Source of the DNA: Minisyncoccota bacterium | GTDB taxonomy: Bacteria > Patescibacteriota > Microgenomatia > UBA1400 > PJMF01 | Direction: 5' to 3' | Length of the DNA: 64,000 nucleotides | Assembly: GCA_018646985.1 (NCBI GenBank) | Contig: JABGTR010000022.1 | Span: 4,343-68,342, forward strand | In this document: positions 59,182 through 64,000 of the stretch, piece after piece | How positions within the stretch are numbered: the stretch's first letter is position 1 | Layout of the letters: each line of letters starts with the position of its first letter | Notes under the pieces: model-generated | Database searches by the model: none | The model's input: the letters and a program-made list of their open reading frames with translations, nothing else | Told to the model about the DNA's origin: nothing | Translations under genes and position numbers: made by a program

Positions 59182-60491
59182 GCTGTCGGCTTAGCAGCCA
59201 TATCAAAGAATTTAATTCTGTCACCTCTAAAAAAGAGATCTACTGTCGCTAGTGCTCCATTACGATGCTTAGCAATTTTGAGCTTCATAGATTCTCTAAT
59301 ATCATCATCTTCTCGGTATAAAAACATGACTACGTCTGCGTCTTGCTCAATAGAACCAGATTCTCTTAGATCTGATAATTGAGGAGCTTTTTCACCACGG
59401 CTCTCTACAGAACGGTTAAGCTGTGACAATGCAAGAACTGGAATCTTTAACTCACGAGCGATATTCTTTAATCCTTGTGAAATCTCACCCACCTCTTGAA
59501 CGCGATTGTCGCGAGTCTGGCCATGAGCCAACTGCAAATAGTCCATTACAATTAAATCTACGTTCTGTTCAGTAGCCAATCTTCTAGCCTTAGTTCTCAT
59601 TTCATAGATAGACATACCAGGAGTATCATCAATAAATAACGGTGCATCAGCTAAAACACCCATGGCGTCTGAAAGCTTCAAGAAGTCTTGTTGATCTAAT
59701 CGACCAGTTTTTAACTTCCAAGCATCGATATCTGCTTGCGAAACCAATAGACGATCCACTAACTCCTCTTTACTCATTTCTAGAGAAAAGAAACCCACTT
59801 TTTTAGCAGCACTAGCTGCTACATAGTGAGCGATATTTAAAGCCAGAGCTGTCTTACCCATACCAGGTCTAGCGGCCAAAATAATTAAATTAGAACGCTG
59901 CAGACCAGCTGTAACTTGATCCAGATCATTAAATCCAGTCGGCACTCCCCGCAACTCACCTCCAGAGCGTTGTAGCTCATCTAAGCGCTCAAAACTCTCC
60001 ACCAAAGTATCTTTCAATGGAGTAAAAGATTTATCACTTCTAGTTTGAGAGACTTTAAAAACTTTCTGTTCCGCAATATCCATCAACTCACCCGACTCAA
60101 CACCGTCATCAAAGGCCTTCTCAGCTAACTCTCCAGAGAGCTTAATCATTCGTCGTCTGACATGAGTTTCAATGATTAATTTGGCGTAATGTTCAACATT
60201 AGCAGCTGTAGAAACTAAGTTAGACAGCTCAGCAATTCGAGAAGCACCGCCGGCTTGTTTCAGTTGTTTTTGTTTTTTGAGTTGATTGGTTAAGGTAACT
60301 GCGTCAATAGGGCTGCGAGCCTCATATAAAGTCTCCATTGCCTGGTAAATAGCTTGATGGGCTGGACTGTAAAAAGCGTCTGGACGTAAAATCTCACCAA
60401 TTTTAATAATTGCTTCCAAATCAATTAAAACAGAGCCTAAAACTGACTCTTCAGCATCGATATTATGAGGAGGTACTCTTTTATCAACCAT
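59178..60491 (-). CDS. dnaB: Replicative DNA helicase
   Basis: N-terminal helical domain. Walker A GMGKTALALN. H3 and H4 motifs. Confidence 0.92.
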   Translation of the reverse strand: MVDKRVPPHNIDAEESVLGSVLIDLEAIIKIGEILRPDAFYSPAHQAIYQAMETLYEARSPIDAVTLTNQLKKQKQLKQAGGASRIAELSNLVSTAANVEHYAKLIIETHVRRRMIKLSGELAEKAFDDGVESGELMDIAEQKVFKVSQTRSDKSFTPLKDTLVESFERLDELQRSGGELRGVPTGFNDLDQVTAGLQRSNLIILAARPGMGKTALALNIAHYVAASAAKKVGFFSLEMSKEELVDRLLVSQADIDAWKLKTGRLDQQDFLKLSDAMGVLADAPLFIDDTPGMSIYEMRTKARRLATEQNVDLIVMDYLQLAHGQTRDNRVQEVGEISQGLKNIARELKIPVLALSQLNRSVESRGEKAPQLSDLRESGSIEQDADVVMFLYREDDDIRESMKLKIAKHRNGALATVDLFFRGDRIKFFDMAAKPTA

Positions 60492-60550
60492 GTAGTTATC
60501 TGGGCAGAACTTGACTAATATTTTAAGAAATTAAGTATCAACAGTATACC

Positions 60551-61210
60551 CTATCCCCGTCGCAGCACCACCACTTCTGTTTCCTCTGGTAAACGAGATC
60601 TATCCATATTCAATTTCTCTTCAGCTTCGACTTCAACACCATACTCTTTCAAAAACTCTTCTAAAGTAGACACCTCTCCAAAAGTTTTTTCATCATGGGC
60701 TGGGGTTTTATAATGCATTGGAATCACAATGCTGGGCTCTAGAGACTTAATTGTTTTGACAGCAAGCTTAGGATCAATAGTAAAAACTCCACCAACTGGG
60801 CAAAGAAGAACATCAACTGAGCCAATTTTTTTGATCTGTTCCGGGCTCAACTCATGGCCTAAATCTCCCAAATGACAAACCCGCATCTCATCTAATAAGA
60901 AGGTAAAGATTATATTTGTTCCTCTGTCTTCACCCTCCGATTGATCGTGAGATGTTTTTACCCCAAATACAGAGATGCCACCTACCTCATACTCGCCAGG
61001 AGCATTGATCACAAATGGTTGATCTCTGCGAGCTGTCTTACCAACTTTACCCACTTGATTATGATCTTCATGATCATGAGAAGTAGTGACAATATCAGCA
61101 CTTGTTTTGGGAAAATCAAAGCCTATTGAAGAGCTAAAAGGATCAGTCACGACTGAGCCATCTTTGCCTTTTAATTTAAAACTAGAGTGTCCATTGTAGG
61201 TAATAATCAT
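60551..61210 (-). CDS. Metallo-beta-lactamase-fold hydrolase, UPF0173-like
   Basis: HxHxDH-type pattern (SHDHEDH) and conserved His/Asp residues later. Confidence 0.55.
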   Translation of the reverse strand: MIITYNGHSSFKLKGKDGSVVTDPFSSSIGFDFPKTSADIVTTSHDHEDHNQVGKVGKTARRDQPFVINAPGEYEVGGISVFGVKTSHDQSEGEDRGTNIIFTFLLDEMRVCHLGDLGHELSPEQIKKIGSVDVLLCPVGGVFTIDPKLAVKTIKSLEPSIVIPMHYKTPAHDEKTFGEVSTLEEFLKEYGVEVEAEEKLNMDRSRLPEETEVVVLRRG

Positions 61211-61235
61211 ATGTAAGGTATAATAAGATACTTAA

Positions 61236-61715
61236 ATGAAAAAAGAAATGCTCATCTCAGTATTAGTCGGACTCTTCTTCGGGCTAATTATTGTTTATGG
61301 AGTTTATACAGCCCAGAGCTCATTAGCTAAACCAGAACTAACCACCGAAAAACTAGAGGTTAGCCCTTCAGTAGAAGCAGAAAATGAGACTACCGGCATT
61401 CTCTCTATCCACAGTCCAGAGGATGAAACTATCGTCAACGAGCCTGTTACCACTATTACCGGAACTACTATTGCCGATAGCTACGTGGTTATATTTATAA
61501 ATGATAAGGAATCAATTACTAACGCTGATGAATCTGGTAATTTCTCCATTGAAGGTGAGTTGGAATTAGGGAGCAATATCATTGAAGTCCATGTAATCGA
61601 TAGCGATGGCAAGGTAGTAGTCAAAGAAAGAACTATCATCTACACTACTAAACCACTAGTTGAAGAAAGTAGTGAAGTTGCTACCGATTCTGCAAAAGTA
61701 GATCAAGGTGAATAA
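61236..61715 (+). CDS. Hypothetical membrane-anchored protein with a beta-rich extracellular domain
   Basis: N-terminal transmembrane segment. T/S/E-rich. Confidence 0.35.
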   Translation: MKKEMLISVLVGLFFGLIIVYGVYTAQSSLAKPELTTEKLEVSPSVEAENETTGILSIHSPEDETIVNEPVTTITGTTIADSYVVIFINDKESITNADESGNFSIEGELELGSNIIEVHVIDSDGKVVVKERTIIYTTKPLVEESSEVATDSAKVDQGE

Positions 61716-61718
61716 AAA

Positions 61719-62408
61719 ATGAAAAAAATCTTATTTTCTATACTAACCTTACTAGTCCTAGTCATTGTTAAGCCTGCTATGGCTCAGGAGGCAACCACCT
61801 CAGGCTCACCTAGCCCAGCTGAAACCACCCAAGAGCTAAAAGAGAGAATCCAAAGAATTGTTGAAGAAAAAAGTGATCAGATTAAAGGTGTCATTGATCA
61901 AATATCGCAGCAAAAACGGGGCTTTATCGGTCAAGTAGAACGCGTTACTGAAGAGAGTTTAACTATTACCAATACTAAAGGCACTGAAATTATTCCTTTT
62001 GATGAAAACGTATCTTTACTTAAATCTAATCAGGAAATCTCAATCGATGATGTAGCTGTTGGTGATTGGCTAGTAGTAATGGGATTAATCATTGATGATG
62101 CTTTTACCCCCAAAAGAATTCTGGTCTCTTCGGTAAGTATTCGACCTAAGAATCACCTGGTGGCCATGGGTACAATTATTGATCAATCTTCAAAAGAAAT
62201 AACGATCCTATCAAGACAAAATGAAGAGCTAGTTTTTAAAACTGGAACAAAAACTAAGTACCAAGATCGAAGTGGTGAAACTGCTTTTAAGAATGACTTC
62301 ACCGAAGACATTCAGGTCTTAATAATTGGAGACGAAGACGACGAGAGCAAGAATGCCTCTATTATTAGATCTCTGGTTTCATTAGAGGCACTCCAAGACA
62401 ATGAGTAA
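61719..62408 (+). CDS. Hypothetical secreted protein
   Basis: N-terminal signal peptide (LLVLVIVKPAMAQEA). Confidence 0.35.
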   Translation: MKKILFSILTLLVLVIVKPAMAQEATTSGSPSPAETTQELKERIQRIVEEKSDQIKGVIDQISQQKRGFIGQVERVTEESLTITNTKGTEIIPFDENVSLLKSNQEISIDDVAVGDWLVVMGLIIDDAFTPKRILVSSVSIRPKNHLVAMGTIIDQSSKEITILSRQNEELVFKTGTKTKYQDRSGETAFKNDFTEDIQVLIIGDEDDESKNASIIRSLVSLEALQDNE

Positions 62409-63474
62409 ATTTGCAGATAGAATTAATAAGCTCAGTCAATTTTTGAGTGAAAATCAAGGCTTACTGCTCTCTGTCCCCACTGATATTGCTTACCTGACGG
62501 GCTTCAATCATCTGGTTCCTGAAGAAAGAGAGTCTTTTCTCTTAATCACCCCTACTACCAATATCTTCTTCCACGCTAGTTTCTCTCCTTTTCAATCTCC
62601 ACCTGGAATAAATGCTCATAAAGGCTGTGCTCTCAGCAAAGTTGGAACTGAAATTAAAAAATTACACCAAAAAGAAAACCTCAAAGAGCTCTTGGTTGAT
62701 AAATCTAATTTATTTGTCGATGAATACGAAGCTCTAGATAAGCTCTCATTCTTAAAAATAGCTGGTTTTGATCGTCAACACATCTGGAAACTGAGAACTA
62801 TTAAGGATGAAGGAGAGGTTGAGAATCTTAAAAAAGCGGCCCAAATCACCCAGCAAGCAGTGACTGCAGCAATTAAGATGCTAAAAGTGGGCATGACTGA
62901 AATTCAACTCAAAGAAATTATTGAAACTGAACTCAAAAAATTTGGCTCAGAAAAACCAGCCTTTCCGACTATTGTCGCTTTTGGCCCCAACTCTGCTCTA
63001 CCTCACCATCAGCCTACCGAGATGGCACTTAAATTAGAGATGCCAATCTTAATAGACCTGGGAGGAACGGTGAATGGATATCATGGTGACATGACTAGAA
63101 CTATTTGGTTTGGTGAGAGTCCAGATGCTGAATTTTTAAAGATTGAGGAAAATGTAAAAACAGCTTATCAAGCAGCAGTAGCTGTACTTAAAAATCGTCA
63201 AAATGATCAGATTTTAGCTAAAAACTTAGATCACGCTGCGAGGAGTACTATCACTGAGGCTGGTTATGGTAAAAATTTTATCCACACCACCGGGCACGGG
63301 CTGGGATTAGATCTACATGAGAACCTCTCCTTAAACTGGAACAATGAGCAACCTATTTTGCCGCAGATGGTAATTACTATTGAGCCAGGTATTTATTTGG
63401 AAGGAAAGTTTGGCTATCGGTATGAGAATATGATCCTGGTGACAGAAGATGGTGCGTTGGAGATGATGACGTAA
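62401..63474 (+). CDS. pepP: M24-family Xaa-Pro aminopeptidase
   Basis: Metal ligands D...D...HGLGLDLHE...E...E. N-terminal creatinase-like domain. Confidence 0.8.
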   Translation: MSKFADRINKLSQFLSENQGLLLSVPTDIAYLTGFNHLVPEERESFLLITPTTNIFFHASFSPFQSPPGINAHKGCALSKVGTEIKKLHQKENLKELLVDKSNLFVDEYEALDKLSFLKIAGFDRQHIWKLRTIKDEGEVENLKKAAQITQQAVTAAIKMLKVGMTEIQLKEIIETELKKFGSEKPAFPTIVAFGPNSALPHHQPTEMALKLEMPILIDLGGTVNGYHGDMTRTIWFGESPDAEFLKIEENVKTAYQAAVAVLKNRQNDQILAKNLDHAARSTITEAGYGKNFIHTTGHGLGLDLHENLSLNWNNEQPILPQMVITIEPGIYLEGKFGYRYENMILVTEDGALEMMT

Positions 63475-63475
63475 G

Positions 63476-63549
63476 TGGTGGACTCACCGGGAATCGAACC
63501 CGGAATTTACCCATGCGAAGGGTATGGTATACCGTTTACCTATGAGCCC
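63476..63549 (-). tRNA. tRNA-Ala (anticodon CGC), CCA encoded
   Basis: Reverse complement GGGCTCATAGGTAAACGGTATACCATACCCTTCGCATGGGTAAATTCCGGGTTCGATTCCCGGTGAGTCCACCA. G3:U70 present. The variable loop is 4 nt. Confidence 0.78.
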
Positions 63550-63582
63550 CTGAAGTGAATATTTTACCGTATAATAACACTT

Positions 63583-63870
63583 ATGATAAAACAAACAGAT
63601 GATCTACTAGCTGCTTTTGAGCAACTTAAGAATAAAAAAGAAATTAAAAACTTTCTCAGAGACTTGCTTTCTCCAGCAGAAAAAGATGAATTTGAAACTC
63701 GCTTCCAAATAGCTAAATTACTTTGGACTACAGAGATGTCTTACGCCAAAATTGCCCAAAAACTCAACACTAGCACCACTACTGTCACTCGAGTGGCTAG
63801 ATTCTTACATAAGGAACCATACAAAGGATATAAGACAGTCTTAGAAAGACTTTATCCTCAAAAAAGCTAA
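63583..63870 (+). CDS. TrpR-like/YerC-YecD family DNA-binding protein
   Basis: LSPAEKDEFETRFQIAKLL...MSYAKIAQKLNTSTTTVTRVARFL matches the YerC/TrpR-like HTH. Confidence 0.6.
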   Translation: MIKQTDDLLAAFEQLKNKKEIKNFLRDLLSPAEKDEFETRFQIAKLLWTTEMSYAKIAQKLNTSTTTVTRVARFLHKEPYKGYKTVLERLYPQKS

Positions 63871-64000
63871 GCTACTGATAAACCTAAGTGCAGCTCAACC
63901 CCATCAACTCGCTCAATCGTTCTACTAAACTTTTTATTAGTATCTTTTACTTCAACTAATACCTCTTCTATTAAACTCTCCATTTTATCGAATCTATCAT

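Noticed and set aside
63871-64000. 38-aa minus-strand ORF (MESLIEEVLVEVKDTNKKF...) at the window end
   Set aside because: It is too short, nothing recognisable is encoded, and the window edge prevents assessing context.

Overview
This 64-kb window looks like a chromosomal segment from a small-genome, AT-rich bacterium with Patescibacteria/CPR-like traits. It uses the standard genetic code, many core proteins are shortened, and no biosynthetic operons are present. Gene density is high throughout.

Identifiable content:
- Translation and tRNA-modification genes: miaA (partial), miaB-like, infC-rpmI-rplT-pheS-pheT, tyrS, rpmF, nusB, rnc, rpsP, tsf, rpsB and tgt.
- Replication and repair genes: gyrB, gyrA, recG, dnaB, nfo and a holB-like gene.
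- Cell-envelope genes: a class A penicillin-binding protein, lgt, lspA, an LCP-family protein and an O-antigen-ligase-like membrane protein.
- One-carbon metabolism genes: folD, glyA and an aminotransferase.
- A complete, contiguous type IV pilus locus of about 12 kb: pilB, pilT, pilC, the major pilin, pilD, four further prepilin-type proteins, a PKD-domain membrane protein, and pilM, pilN, pilO.
- Five minus-strand tRNA genes (Cys-GCA, Val-GAC, Ala-GGC, Leu-CAA, Ala-CGC).

Accessory or unusual content:
- A HEPN/MNT toxin-antitoxin pair and a XerC/D-like tyrosine recombinase next to tRNA-Ala. These are followed by a 1.5-kb ORF-free AT-rich stretch carrying a duplicated 14-bp perfect palindrome.
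- An AbiEii-type nucleotidyltransferase pair, with an adjacent unknown gene, wedged between tgt and tsf-rpsB.
- A HigB/HigA-like pair near tRNA-Leu.
- An ACP homologue whose phosphopantetheine-attachment serine is replaced by proline. It sits in the conserved position upstream of rnc, in what looks like a collapsed rpmF-fab-acpP-rnc operon.

No CRISPR array, rRNA gene or transposase was seen. Every call rests on motif recognition by eye; no database search was possible.
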